Source of the DNA: Terriglobia bacterium
GTDB lineage: Bacteria; Acidobacteriota; Terriglobia; JAIQFV01
Assembly: GCA_020072965.1 (NCBI GenBank)
Contig: JAIQFY010000011.1
Location: 14,925-78,924 of the forward strand
Length of the DNA stretch: 64,000 nt
Direction: 5' to 3'
Shown here: piece by piece, positions 20,230 to 30,625 of the stretch
Layout: the number at the start of each line of letters is the position of its first letter
Numbering within the stretch: position 1 is the stretch's first letter
Translations under genes and position numbers: made by a program
The notes under the pieces: generated by a model
The model's database searches: none
What the model saw: the letters and a program-made list of their open reading frames with translations, nothing else
Told to the model about the DNA's origin: nothing

Positions 20230-21204
20230 CTATCGTCCAAGCCGCTGCCACACCATATGTGCTGCGCCGAGCAAACCCGCCCTGTCGATGAGACGCGACC
20301 GGACGATCGGCATTTTTTCGGCCCGATAAACGTATGACCGGGCAAAAACCTCTCTCATCATGAAGGGCGCAAATGCCCCCCAGGCTTTCGCCACCCCGCC
20401 CCCGATAATGTATTTTTCGAGATCAAGAACGTTCGTCAGATTGGCGATGACGATTCCGAGTGCCCAACCGACGAGTTGGTATATTCCCCGGGACGCCGGG
20501 TCACCCGTCCTGGCCAACCGGAAAATATCCGCGGCGGTGGCCTTGTCATTCTCCCTGAAGAGTTTCTTAAGAAACGCGGACTCTCCGCGATCCGCTGCCG
20601 CGCGGGCGCGCCGGACCACCCAGGGAGCGGAGGCATATGTTTCCGCACAACCGTAGGAGCCACAATTGCAGAGTTCGCCATTTGGATCCACGATCATGTG
20701 CCCGGTCTCAGCCGCAGTGCCCCGGGTCCCGCTCCAAATCTTTCCTTCCAGGACGATGCCACAACCAACCCCTGTACCCAGCGTCAATAGACTCGCATTC
20801 CTGAAACCTCGGGCTGCTCCCTTCCACACTTCGCCCAGCGCAGCGACATTGGCATCATTGTCCACGATGACTTCCACTGGCAGAATCTTCTCCATTTTGG
20901 CTTTGACCGGGAAATATCCTTTGCCGGGAAAATTGGGAGACTCATGCAACTCCCGATGATAGTAAACCAGCCCGGGGACGCCCACGCCGACACCCGCCAG
21001 GCGTCGTTTTTTCTTCCGGAGATCGGAGCTGAGATCCAGGATCAAATCGCACATCCGCTCGATGACGTCATCGCGGCCGCGCTCCACCTGCGTCGGAATG
21101 CGCCTCTCGTCGAGGATCGTTCCCCCGTCATCCACCGCCGCCACACGCAGGTTCGTCCCACCCAAATCCACGCTGGCTACAAAATCGTTCATGGAAATCT
21201 TCAT
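20230..21204 (-). CDS. ROK family sugar kinase / glucokinase
   Basis: VDLGGTNLRVAAVD N-terminal ATP motif and ROK Cys-rich CNCGSYGCAETYAS zinc motif. Confidence 0.85.
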   Translation of the reverse strand: MKISMNDFVASVDLGGTNLRVAAVDDGGTILDERRIPTQVERGRDDVIERMCDLILDLSSDLRKKKRRLAGVGVGVPGLVYYHRELHESPNFPGKGYFPVKAKMEKILPVEVIVDNDANVAALGEVWKGAARGFRNASLLTLGTGVGCGIVLEGKIWSGTRGTAAETGHMIVDPNGELCNCGSYGCAETYASAPWVVRRARAAADRGESAFLKKLFRENDKATAADIFRLARTGDPASRGIYQLVGWALGIVIANLTNVLDLEKYIIGGGVAKAWGAFAPFMMREVFARSYVYRAEKMPIVRSRLIDRAGLLGAAHMVWQRLGR

Positions 21205-21270
21205 GATGACATCTCAACGGCACTGCCGAGGCGCCATGCCGGCCAGACCATCGCCTCAATTGAACTCCCT

Positions 21271-21738
21271 TTAGAAAATCTTTCCATTCCGATAGACAGC
21301 AGGGACATAATCATTAAGAACCGATCCCTCCACAACCTCCCCCATGATCACGAAGTGTGATCCCACTTTTTTGTGCGATATCACCCGGCAATCCAGATAC
21401 GCAATCGAATCGCAGAGGATGGGTGAACCGGTGACTGCAGTCCTCGTGGGTATCCCGATCAATTTGTCGGTTTCACTTGATGTAGCCCTCCCCAGGGCGT
21501 AAGCCAACTCCTGCTGTTCCCTTGCAAGGACATTGATCGCAAAGATCCTGCTTTCCAACATCATCCGGGTTGTACAACTTTCGGGTGTCAACCCCACCAC
21601 GACCTGCATGGGTTCCTTGGAGACTTGAGCGACCCAGACCGCGGTCATGGCGCTTACTTCTTCCCCTCGTTTCGTTGTAATCACATAGACGCCGTATGTC
21701 AGGGAGTAGATGGCCTTTTTCGTGTCTTCAAGGTTCAC
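21271..21738 (-). CDS. Flavin reductase-like FMN-binding domain protein
   Basis: YGVYVITTKRGEEVSAMTAVWVAQVS matches the flavin reductase split-barrel fold. Confidence 0.8.
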   Translation of the reverse strand: MNLEDTKKAIYSLTYGVYVITTKRGEEVSAMTAVWVAQVSKEPMQVVVGLTPESCTTRMMLESRIFAINVLAREQQELAYALGRATSSETDKLIGIPTRTAVTGSPILCDSIAYLDCRVISHKKVGSHFVIMGEVVEGSVLNDYVPAVYRNGKIF

Positions 21739-21819
21739 GGGAATGAACTCGTCTCCATTTGAATTTCAACGGTATTTTGTAACACCGCTGAGGCGCAGAG
21801 TCCGCCGAGGGGGACACCC

Positions 21820-23847
21820 CTACTTCAGATACTCATCAAACCATCCCACAACGCGAGTGAGCAAATCCAGCTGGTGGGCCCGCTCTCCAAAAATGTGAGC
21901 CTCCCGGGGATAAACCACTATTTCGGTTTTAACACCCAACTGCTTCAACCCATGATAAAACTCCTGACCTTGTCCCAGGGGAACCCGCTGATCGCCCCCT
22001 CCATGGACGACAAGGGTCGGCGTTTTCACGTTCTTTACAAATGACATCGCAGAGTGCTTTTCATATGCATCCCGACGATTGAAAGGCAGATCAAGAAAAT
22101 AAGACTTCAGGAATGAGGGCGTGATGTCAGTGGTTCCATTAAAGCTGAAGAGATTGGTCACGCCCGCACCCACGATGGCGGCTTTGAAGCGATCCGTTTG
22201 AGTAACGGCCCACGAGGACATGAAACCGCCGTAACTCCAGCCCCCGATTCCCAGGCGGTTCGGGTCAGCGATCTTCTTTTCAACCAACTCATCGACCCCG
22301 CTCATGATATCCACAAAATCTCCGCCGCCCCAATCGTCTCGATTTGCCTCAACGAAAGCCGTCCCCTGCCCATCGCTTCCTCGAGGATTGGGCAACAAGA
22401 CGACGTAGCCGTGCGAGGCCAGTAGTTGTCCCCACCCATGCCAGCTTCCATGCCAACCCATCCACCAAGCCCACTCGGGGCCGCCATGAATCTCAGCGAT
22501 GGTGGGATACAACTTGCCGGGATCATAGTCCGGGGGTTTGATCAGGACCCCATAAATCGTCTTGTCGTCCTTCTTGCTCTTCCAGGAAATCTCTTCGATG
22601 CTCCCGAGGCGCCACTGCTCCACCTGTGGATTCACGCGGGTCAGTTGCTGTTGCTTCTGATTCTGCTCGTCAATGATCCATACGTCGGTGGGCGCGTCCC
22701 CTTTCTGATGAAGAAACGTGATGGCGCTCGCATCTTGATTCATCGAAAAGCCGTGGTCCCGGCCGGCCTCAATTTGAACGTCAAACATCTTCTTGGTGCG
22801 GCCGTTGGTGGTATCGAGCCCCGAGATCATGGCATGGGCGCCCTCAATCGATTCCACAATTAAATACTTGGAGTCCGGCGCCCAGCGTGCCCAAAAAATA
22901 GTACCCTTGTAATCGCCGTCGAGGCGCTTCACGTCGCCCCCGGAGGCGGGGACAATCGAAAGGGAGGCGGTGATCCCAGTGGGAGTGCGTTCTTGAAAGG
23001 CGACCCACTTTCCGTCGGGAGAATATCCCCATTCACCCACCCCCGCGCGCTCGCTGAGTGTCCGAACAATTTCGCCCTGCCGGTTTATGGTCACCAGTTT
23101 GGAGTGCCAATACATTTCGTCGAGATCCGGCGTTGAGGAAATGAGGAGGGCAAGTTCCCGGCCATCAAACGACCACTCCGCATCAATCACATGTAGGTCT
23201 TGTTTGGTAACCAGCCTTGTCTCGTGCAACACAGGATCACAAAGATAAAGGCGTACGAATTTCCACTCGTGATCTATATACTTTCGATCATCGTGCTTCT
23301 TCTTGCGCGCCTCGTCCTCCGGCGTCGGCCCATCTTTTGCGAGAAGCGCAATCGTCTTTCCATCCTTCGACCATGAGTAAGTAGAGACGCCGCCCTTCAG
23401 CTCTGTGATCTGCCGTCCCTCGCCTCCATCCGTTGGCATGATCCAGAGCTGCGTCTTCGGAGGTTCCGCATCCTTATCTTCATCTTCGGCTTTGCCCTTT
23501 ACTTCGCTTCGGTCGGAAAGAAATGCGAGCCACTTGCCATCGGGAGACCATCGCGGCGAGGTCTCGCTCTTTTCGCTGAAGGCATATTTGTGCGGGGGAG
23601 TCTTCCCGTCGGTCGCAACCATCCAGACGTCTGAATTGCGTGGCCTGTCCGGATGCTCCGGATCAGCAGGCTCGGTCACGACGAAAGCGATCTGCTTCCC
23701 GTCGGGTGAGATTTGAGGATCGCTGACCTCACGCAGATCAACGATTTCAGCGGGGGTTGGAAAGTGTCTGGATTCAGCGTGCAACAACCCTTCGGCTGAA
23801 ACCACCAAGGCTGCGAAGATAAACGGCAGACACCTGGACTTCTTCAT
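21820..23847 (-). CDS. S9 family serine peptidase (prolyl oligopeptidase/acylaminoacyl peptidase) with N-terminal beta-propeller
   Basis: Signal peptide. Repeated SPDGK propeller blades. GWSYGGFMS (GxSxG), and C-terminal catalytic Asp/His region. Confidence 0.85.
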   Translation of the reverse strand: MKKSRCLPFIFAALVVSAEGLLHAESRHFPTPAEIVDLREVSDPQISPDGKQIAFVVTEPADPEHPDRPRNSDVWMVATDGKTPPHKYAFSEKSETSPRWSPDGKWLAFLSDRSEVKGKAEDEDKDAEPPKTQLWIMPTDGGEGRQITELKGGVSTYSWSKDGKTIALLAKDGPTPEDEARKKKHDDRKYIDHEWKFVRLYLCDPVLHETRLVTKQDLHVIDAEWSFDGRELALLISSTPDLDEMYWHSKLVTINRQGEIVRTLSERAGVGEWGYSPDGKWVAFQERTPTGITASLSIVPASGGDVKRLDGDYKGTIFWARWAPDSKYLIVESIEGAHAMISGLDTTNGRTKKMFDVQIEAGRDHGFSMNQDASAITFLHQKGDAPTDVWIIDEQNQKQQQLTRVNPQVEQWRLGSIEEISWKSKKDDKTIYGVLIKPPDYDPGKLYPTIAEIHGGPEWAWWMGWHGSWHGWGQLLASHGYVVLLPNPRGSDGQGTAFVEANRDDWGGGDFVDIMSGVDELVEKKIADPNRLGIGGWSYGGFMSSWAVTQTDRFKAAIVGAGVTNLFSFNGTTDITPSFLKSYFLDLPFNRRDAYEKHSAMSFVKNVKTPTLVVHGGGDQRVPLGQGQEFYHGLKQLGVKTEIVVYPREAHIFGERAHQLDLLTRVVGWFDEYLK

Positions 23848-24265
23848 CAGATCCTCCAGATTGAAACGGCAAATCATAGTTCAAGGCTTGTCCCGCAACA
23901 CCTGCTGAGGTAGATCTCCTCTGCCTCGGGCCAGAAAAACTGTCATTCTAACGCAGACCCGGAGATTTTATTTTAATTTTTGCGGAAAACGGTCTGCCCC
24001 AATCGAGCCCAGGTGGTCACAAAGAAAAGATCGAATAGAAACATCCCCTCAAGGAGCCCCTATCGCACAACCAAAACTCCAAATCTAAGGGAGCCTCTAG
24101 CAGTCTCGTACGTTGCACTCTGAAGCACTTTCTCGCCCGGGGCTTTTGTCAACCGCCTTTAAAAATCCCCCTCCAGGATCCCGAACCGGGGGTGCCAGGG
24201 CATTTCTCCGGGTTGCGGCGTCAACCCGTCCTGTGCCTGTTGCGTCTTCTTGGGCTGATACGGGA

Positions 24266-25225
24266 CTAAAACAAGGCGGGGCCCGAGATGATGTAGTTTT
24301 CCATCTTCCCGAATTCTCTCGAACTCATAAAGATGGCGTGGGAATCAATTCGGAATCCAGCGCGGATTAGCTCGCGAATCGATTCCACATTCGGACTGGG
24401 GATTTGGATGGTGAGTCCGGGATGCAGTCGTGCCGCCGACTCGATCGCCTGATGGAGGACGGGCAGCATGGCACGGGTGTCCTTCACCGCCAACGGGCCA
24501 ACTTGACCCTTGGGCGAAATGTAGAAATATCCGATGGTTCGATCGCTCTTCTTTGCAAGCCAGCAGCGGTTCCCGCTGCGTTTGATGAAAAGCTCGTGGT
24601 CTTCGTTCCGTCCACTTCCACGCGCCACTTTGTCAATGGAGCTCATCTCATGAACAGCCTCCCGAATTCCTCCTTGTGATCCCGTGGGATCCAGCTCACA
24701 AATTTTGATTTCGCGTTCCGCAGCCCACGTCGGCTTAAGATCCTTAGAGCGACAGACAAGTGTATAGATCGGAAATTGCGGTGTCATGCCGAGCATGATG
24801 TAGCTTCGCATGGCGGGAGGATAAAGAGAACTGTAGGTCGATGTAATCCGGTAGGGCCTGTCGCTTTGAAGTGACCGTTTCAGCAATTGCCTCCCGATAC
24901 CCCGGTTTTGAAACTCGGGGACAATCCAGAAGTCGCACAGGAACCAGATTGAGCCACGAACAATGGAGCACACAAATCCAATGACCTTCGTGTTCGACTC
25001 GGCCACCCAGAAGCCCTGTGCATCCGTCGCGAGAACATGACGAAGGTAAGGCGGAACCCTCCGCATGCCCCGGAGGGATTGCCGGGTGCCGTAAACCCTT
25101 CGAATCATATCTTGGAAAGAGCTCAAGAATGTCTCCCAGACGGCGCGAAGATCTTCGGGCCGACAGGGACGAATTAGAATTTGAGAAGTCATATGAACCG
25201 GCTTATCGGGGATTGTGCCTTCCAT
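24266..25225 (-). CDS. GNAT family N-acetyltransferase (tandem GNAT-like)
   Basis: FLCDFWIVPEFQNRGIGRQLL matches the acetyl-CoA binding motif A. Confidence 0.6.
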   Translation of the reverse strand: MEGTIPDKPVHMTSQILIRPCRPEDLRAVWETFLSSFQDMIRRVYGTRQSLRGMRRVPPYLRHVLATDAQGFWVAESNTKVIGFVCSIVRGSIWFLCDFWIVPEFQNRGIGRQLLKRSLQSDRPYRITSTYSSLYPPAMRSYIMLGMTPQFPIYTLVCRSKDLKPTWAAEREIKICELDPTGSQGGIREAVHEMSSIDKVARGSGRNEDHELFIKRSGNRCWLAKKSDRTIGYFYISPKGQVGPLAVKDTRAMLPVLHQAIESAARLHPGLTIQIPSPNVESIRELIRAGFRIDSHAIFMSSREFGKMENYIISGPALF

Positions 25226-25450
25226 TCAGGACAGGATAAGCAGGAGGGGTTCCTTCACCTAGGGGCCCTGCAGGGCCGGGGTGTCGGCGGCCCATGGGGC
25301 GCCCGGCCGCTTCCTACCATCGCATCGGGTCAACAGAGTCCTCTCAAATTGGACACCATGAAATTCGTACCTACGAGGCTGGCCTGTGCACACTGTCTCT
25401 ATGGCGGCCATTCCATATCTGATGACCGGCGCCCGATCCAGAGACTGGCT

Positions 25451-25762
25451 CTAGTCAGCAAGAAAAAAACGCGAGGGGATTGCCGCGGCATTTCGTGCCC
25501 GGTGGGGGTCGCCTTCCGAGACGTGGAATGCCTCACCCGTCTTCACCAGGATTTTCTGATCGGGCATTTCAAACTCGATGACCCCTTCCAGAACATACCC
25601 GAGGTGGCCCCGCGCACACCATTCTTCATGTTTTGCATCCACGGCATATTCGACCAGGCGGAACCGATGTCCTCCGGATTCAAATCCCTTTTGACGAATG
25701 CCCGGCGATGTTTCGACCCACTCCTGCTTCTCAAAACTGAAAGTCTCGATCATGCTGTCCAT
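25451..25762 (-). CDS. Cupin domain protein
   Basis: GHLGYVLEGVIEFEM...GEAFHVSEGDPH matches two-motif cupin His ligands. Confidence 0.7.
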   Translation of the reverse strand: MDSMIETFSFEKQEWVETSPGIRQKGFESGGHRFRLVEYAVDAKHEEWCARGHLGYVLEGVIEFEMPDQKILVKTGEAFHVSEGDPHRARNAAAIPSRFFLAD

Positions 25763-26241
25763 TCCTCCCGAGGGCTCTTCCAGGATTGATCTTACCTAGC
25801 GACGACATAAGTGTATCGGTATGATGAATGCAAACACCCGGTTGGGTCGAACTCATCGCCTCGTCAATTCAATTGGCCTAGGAATCGTGGAGTAATTAGC
25901 GGGTTGCGCATCCCTCTACGGGATTCCCAGCCTCCCCACCTCCGAGCTTGCCGTCCAAAGACCTCCAACAATCTCCTTCGTTCAACACCCAGTCATGGCG
26001 GACGAATCATACTATTAAGGACATCAAAAGTGCTACCGTCGAATACAATTTTTTTCGGCTCATGAGGATTAATTTACACGCCTCGACTCGCCTGATATCA
26101 GCGCCCCTCGGCCCACCTGGTTCATGGTTTCTATTCTTGCTCGAATCGGCCCTCGATTTGCCGGACCCCCCAGGGAATTCGGAGGAGCGCTCCTCCAGGC
26201 GATTCTGGCCTCGGTCCGTGCGAACGTTTATAGGAAGACGT

Positions 26242-28398
26242 CTAATTCTTCGGGAACTGAATCACCTTTACCGTCTCTAAGGCTCTCAGATACTCCTGGA
26301 CCCATTCAAGAGGGATGGGTCCAAATTCAGCGGAGACAAAATCACGGATGGCCTGGACCGAACGTTTTCCATCCACCAGGTTAAGAATCTCGTAAGAGTA
26401 ATCCGCAGAAGATGCCCGGCGAACAGGGCTGGTCGGTTCCGGCAGTCCATCGAGATTGGCGAAAATCTTCAGCTTTGTCGTATTTTCAGTCCCGTAATGA
26501 TCCGCCAAATAATCGTAACCGAACAACGACATGGCCCCCTTGATGTCAAGGCGGGACGGAACTTCGCCCGTTTCTTCCTTGGGCTCAAGCTCACCAAGAA
26601 AACCCTCCACCTCATCGCCTCGCACTCCCGACCAGCCGACCAGGTCGCGGGTAAACCCTATCAGGTCAAACCTCGCAACTTGCTCTTCTCCAATAAAACC
26701 CTTTAAGGAAATGAAGTTTGCTCTTTCCCGCCGCACTAAGTGCCGCAAAAAATTATCCATTTCCCGCAGGGGATCCCGCGGGGTCGAACGGGCGGCGAGG
26801 CGCGCCTGTTCGCTGAAGCGTACCTGTGAATCCGCCATTCGCCGCTTCGCGTGGACAATCACTTCCGAGGTGATCTCCGCGGAGTTGGTCGAGTCCAGGT
26901 TCGCCAGGAAGTACCCGCTGGCGGCCCCCACAATGGCCGCGCGTTTGAGCTTGGTTGAGTCGATCTTATCGATGGAATCTTCATTGGTGTGGATATACCG
27001 ATCCGGCCAGTCATTGAGGTAAATCGCGGGTATCCGGAATGAGCCCTCATCATAGACCTGGTGATCACTCCCCTCGGTGTACTCGGAGATTTCCAGATGC
27101 AGTGCATCCTTCGACCCATCCGATGCATGGACACCAAACTGGGGTTCCCCGGTCGCCGCAAATTGATCGCTGAGATCGCGCACATATTCACCAAAGACCT
27201 GGGCCACGTCGTTCACAAAGGAGGGGATGGAATCGGGGGTGCGAGTGACGTGGAAAATAGCCTTCGTTTTCTCCTGGGAGCCGCCGACCATATCCATGTG
27301 AATCGCCGCCTTCATTTTCGTAACCAATTCCGGATGCGAGGAGAGGAAGATCTGAGTTCCCTCAATTTCGGGGGCCCACACAAACCGCAGGGTGCGCTTG
27401 AGGGGAGGGATGCTTTTCTCCCCGGTCAGCCGATGAATCGTCCGCGCAACTTCAAGGATGGCCGAACAGCCGCTGGCGTTGTCGTTGGCTCCGGGCATTT
27501 GATGATCAAGGTGACAACTGAAAACTATTTCCTCATTCTTGAGGCGCTCATCGGATCCAGGCAAGGTCCCGGTAACGACCTCATAAAACCCGTCATGCCG
27601 CCCTGCCTTCACCCGGGCCCGCAGCCAGACTTTTTCTCCATGTGCCAGCCGGTTCCGGAAATCCCGCGCTTGCCGGAGCGATACCTGAAATGCAAAGGTC
27701 CTGGTGGAGGAATATGAATCGAGATGTCCCCAGCGGACCAGGGAGTCATCCTCGCCCTGCCAGCCCTGCGATTGATTGAGGGCATAGCTGACCATCCCCA
27801 CAGCCCCGAAGCGATCCACAGCCAGTTTCTGCGCGGCGCTTCCCTGGGACGAAATAAGGACTATCTTCCCCTTGACCTCCTTATTCTCATAGTCCTTTTC
27901 ATTGGTCCCACTGCCGACATCAATCAACTCTGCCGTCACGTCGGCCGATTCAGAATCCTCAGCCAAGCAGACACGCATATCCTCCCAGGAACAGATCCGG
28001 CGGAGGAGGGAAAACGCCGAAGGGGCAGTGTGCGGGCCTCGGGGCCTCGAGTTTTTCTCCGGGAGAACCTCCCACAAATCGGCCGAATCGGCATCCCATG
28101 CCTGGCGGGCCTTGAGGGCACCATAGAGCCGCCTTCCGTCGGCGGGGAATCTTTCGATGCGAGCATCCGTGAGGCCATTCTCCCGGGCACGTGCGAGAAC
28201 AAACTCCGCGGCGTCATGGAAGTCGCGCGAACCGCGGACCCGGTTGAAGGTGGTGATGGCCTGGAGGTTCCGTTTCGCCGAGCCGCCACTGACCTCTTCC
28301 ATGATGTGGTGCATCGTCGATTCAGGCAAAAGCGATTGAGATTGCGCACCGCAGAGATGAGGGATCAAGAGTAAAAAGATCGCAGCGCCCTTGCGCAT
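26242..28398 (-). CDS. M28 family metallopeptidase with PA domain and C-terminal extension, secreted
   Basis: Signal peptide MRKGAAIFLLLIPHLCGAQS. HMDMVGG and TNEDSIDKID are Zn-ligand motifs. RBS AGGAGG upstream of the 28398 start. Confidence 0.75.
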   Translation of the reverse strand: MRKGAAIFLLLIPHLCGAQSQSLLPESTMHHIMEEVSGGSAKRNLQAITTFNRVRGSRDFHDAAEFVLARARENGLTDARIERFPADGRRLYGALKARQAWDADSADLWEVLPEKNSRPRGPHTAPSAFSLLRRICSWEDMRVCLAEDSESADVTAELIDVGSGTNEKDYENKEVKGKIVLISSQGSAAQKLAVDRFGAVGMVSYALNQSQGWQGEDDSLVRWGHLDSYSSTRTFAFQVSLRQARDFRNRLAHGEKVWLRARVKAGRHDGFYEVVTGTLPGSDERLKNEEIVFSCHLDHQMPGANDNASGCSAILEVARTIHRLTGEKSIPPLKRTLRFVWAPEIEGTQIFLSSHPELVTKMKAAIHMDMVGGSQEKTKAIFHVTRTPDSIPSFVNDVAQVFGEYVRDLSDQFAATGEPQFGVHASDGSKDALHLEISEYTEGSDHQVYDEGSFRIPAIYLNDWPDRYIHTNEDSIDKIDSTKLKRAAIVGAASGYFLANLDSTNSAEITSEVIVHAKRRMADSQVRFSEQARLAARSTPRDPLREMDNFLRHLVRRERANFISLKGFIGEEQVARFDLIGFTRDLVGWSGVRGDEVEGFLGELEPKEETGEVPSRLDIKGAMSLFGYDYLADHYGTENTTKLKIFANLDGLPEPTSPVRRASSADYSYEILNLVDGKRSVQAIRDFVSAEFGPIPLEWVQEYLRALETVKVIQFPKN

Positions 28399-28513
28399 GA
28401 GTCCTCCTCTTCGAATCAGGTTGATGGATTTCTTTTCTACATTCAGGGGGCCCGTTCCACGCCGCGGGGTCTCACCGGTCACCCCTCCGAAACAAAAGAC
28501 CGGGCGCAAGCCG

Positions 28514-29629
28514 TCAAATTGCGTTTACAAAGTGTTTAAACCTCTCGCCGGACAGGACCCTTTGCGCCTGCTCTCTCCCACGCGTGAATGTTCGCATGGT
28601 TCTGGAATTGTTAGTACTCAGAAAACCGGCTTCGACCGGATGGTCGGGGAAGAGAATGTAGAGCCGTTCTTCCTCCAGGGCGCGGCGCACCCCCTCCCAC
28701 GAATTCAGAGAAGCCAAGCGCATGGAGGTCTCCCACAGGCGTCCCTGCGGATCACAGCAGAACACGATAGTCTTTTCGCATCGAACCGATTCCGAGAGTT
28801 TATTGAAGCGCCCGTCCTCCTCGAAAACTCGAAACGGCATCTTGAGCGAAAAGCCCCCGTCCAAAAAAGCGGCTCCCACATCATCCGCAAACTGATAAGG
28901 CGAAACCATCTCTTCCCAGGCGGCATCGCCGGAACAGGCGTTCGGATGTAGCGGATCCAATCCCCTCCAGACGGGCAGGAGCTCTTCCGCCCGCATGGGC
29001 TCGCCCATCGCAAAGGGCACCAGACAGGAAGCTTCAATGGCATTGTGGTAGTTGACCCGGGTCAGAGGCCGGACCAATTCATTGCACATGGATGAAGGCA
29101 GATGCGACCCGAAGATCACGGGGTCTTCAATGTAGTCTTCGGGAAGATACTTCCATGCCCGCGGGAGTTTGCGCGTTGATGACTTGAAAAAATAATGGAG
29201 TGAATCCCTGCGGCTAAAGGGCCTGCCATCCCGGCGTCTCACCCGGGTGGTAAACACCAGCAGGCGAGTTCGAGTCTCGGGAGGGGTATCGAATACCGCC
29301 GTGAGCTCCCGTGCACTCATGACATACCGGATGGAATGATAGAGAAATGAACGGAATCGCGACAAACCGCCCAGCGACCGGAATTCCGGCAGTTCATGGG
29401 TACGCGGAGGAATCCCTTCCAGGCCCCAGTGGCTCCATCCCTTCATCACAGTTTCATGAGTGCCGGTGGCCACATCAGCAGCGGCATAACCGCCCGCGGA
29501 GGCCCCCATGACAATGCGGGGATAGCAGCCCTTGGCGCGCGCCCATTGCATCAGCTCATATAGCACGCCCCCTTGCCACGCCCCCCGGCCCGCCCCGCCT
29601 GAATCCAGCACCCAACAGAAAGCTGTCAT
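28514..29629 (-). CDS. Patatin-like phospholipase family protein
   Basis: GGAGRG oxyanion motif, GASAGG (GxSxG) and later DGG. Confidence 0.6.
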   Translation of the reverse strand: MTAFCWVLDSGGAGRGAWQGGVLYELMQWARAKGCYPRIVMGASAGGYAAADVATGTHETVMKGWSHWGLEGIPPRTHELPEFRSLGGLSRFRSFLYHSIRYVMSARELTAVFDTPPETRTRLLVFTTRVRRRDGRPFSRRDSLHYFFKSSTRKLPRAWKYLPEDYIEDPVIFGSHLPSSMCNELVRPLTRVNYHNAIEASCLVPFAMGEPMRAEELLPVWRGLDPLHPNACSGDAAWEEMVSPYQFADDVGAAFLDGGFSLKMPFRVFEEDGRFNKLSESVRCEKTIVFCCDPQGRLWETSMRLASLNSWEGVRRALEEERLYILFPDHPVEAGFLSTNNSRTMRTFTRGREQAQRVLSGERFKHFVNAI

Positions 29630-29748
29630 GAGAATTCGAACAATTGTGACGATGAAATCCAATCAAGATTCAACGCCGACCGCGCGGGTCCGCCCCGCAG
29701 TCGAATGCGGCGAAAAATAAAGATCCGGCTCTTCAGAGGTCAAAACGC

Positions 29749-30528
29749 CTACCGGGCGCAGGTGAGATGTCGCCCTCCGTCGACCGCAAGTGTTTCCCCG
29801 GTGATCCATCCGGATCGGGCGCTGGCCAGGAAGAGGATGGCCTCTGCGACATCCTCGGTGCGGCCGACGCGGCCCAGCGGGTGGGTGGTCTTGCTGTGCT
29901 CCAAAAATTTTGCATAAGCCTCATCCGACATCCCCCCTGCCCGGTGAAGATTCGTCACCACCACCCCCGGGTTTACGGCGTTGACCCGGACCCCTTTGGG
30001 CGCCAGGTCGAGGGCTGCACATTGCGTCATGGCGTTGACGGCGGCCTTGCTGGCCACGTACGCGAAGACGTTCGGAAAGGCGCGTGTCCCAGCGACCGAG
30101 GAAATATTGACGATGCATCCCTTGCGCTCCACCAGGGACGGGAGAACGGCCTTCATCATCAGGAAAATCGAACGCACATTCACGTCCATCATCCGATCAA
30201 ACAGTTCATTTGATGTTGCGTCGAGGGGGGCGGTTGCGATGATCCCGGCGGCATTGACCAGGACATCGATCCCACCCCATCGGGTTACCGTGGTTTGTAC
30301 GGCGCGCTGAATAAAGGTCTCGTCGGTCACATCACCCACAAACTTTTCCGCGTCGCCTCCGAGGGCGATAATCTCTCGCAGGAGGCCATCGAGTTCTTTT
30401 TCCCGTCGCGCCACGATCGCCACCCGGGCCCCGCTCCTGACAAAGGTCAGTGCTGTGGCACGGCCAATTCCACTGGATGCGCCAGTGACGAGGGCAACCT
30501 TGTTTTCAAACTCTCTGGAATTAACCAT
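29749..30528 (-). CDS. SDR family oxidoreductase (short-chain dehydrogenase)
   Basis: VALVTGASSGIGRATA (TGxxxGxG), NAAG, and the S...YxxxK catalytic pattern (YVASKAAV). Confidence 0.9.
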   Translation of the reverse strand: MVNSREFENKVALVTGASSGIGRATALTFVRSGARVAIVARREKELDGLLREIIALGGDAEKFVGDVTDETFIQRAVQTTVTRWGGIDVLVNAAGIIATAPLDATSNELFDRMMDVNVRSIFLMMKAVLPSLVERKGCIVNISSVAGTRAFPNVFAYVASKAAVNAMTQCAALDLAPKGVRVNAVNPGVVVTNLHRAGGMSDEAYAKFLEHSKTTHPLGRVGRTEDVAEAILFLASARSGWITGETLAVDGGRHLTCAR

Positions 30529-30625
30529 GAGAAATGAACGCTCCTTCTGGAGTTCTGGTCTCAATGGGCGGACTGAATAGGATGGGCCGGGAAGAGACTC
30601 GCACTCCGCATAGACACCGCCTGCT

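Noticed and set aside
24113-24370. Small ORFs in the intergenic regions 23880-24265 and 25790-26240 (24113-24370, 25811-26065, 25948-26280).
   Set aside because: Low-complexity, Arg/Ser/Pro-rich translations typical of GC-rich non-coding frames. They overlap neighbouring gene ends and show no motifs.
28514-29629. Patatin-like phospholipase as part of a CBASS or other defence operon.
   Set aside because: Neighbours are an M28 peptidase and an SDR. No nucleotidyltransferase, cyclase, sensor or E1/E2-like partner is present in the neighbourhood.
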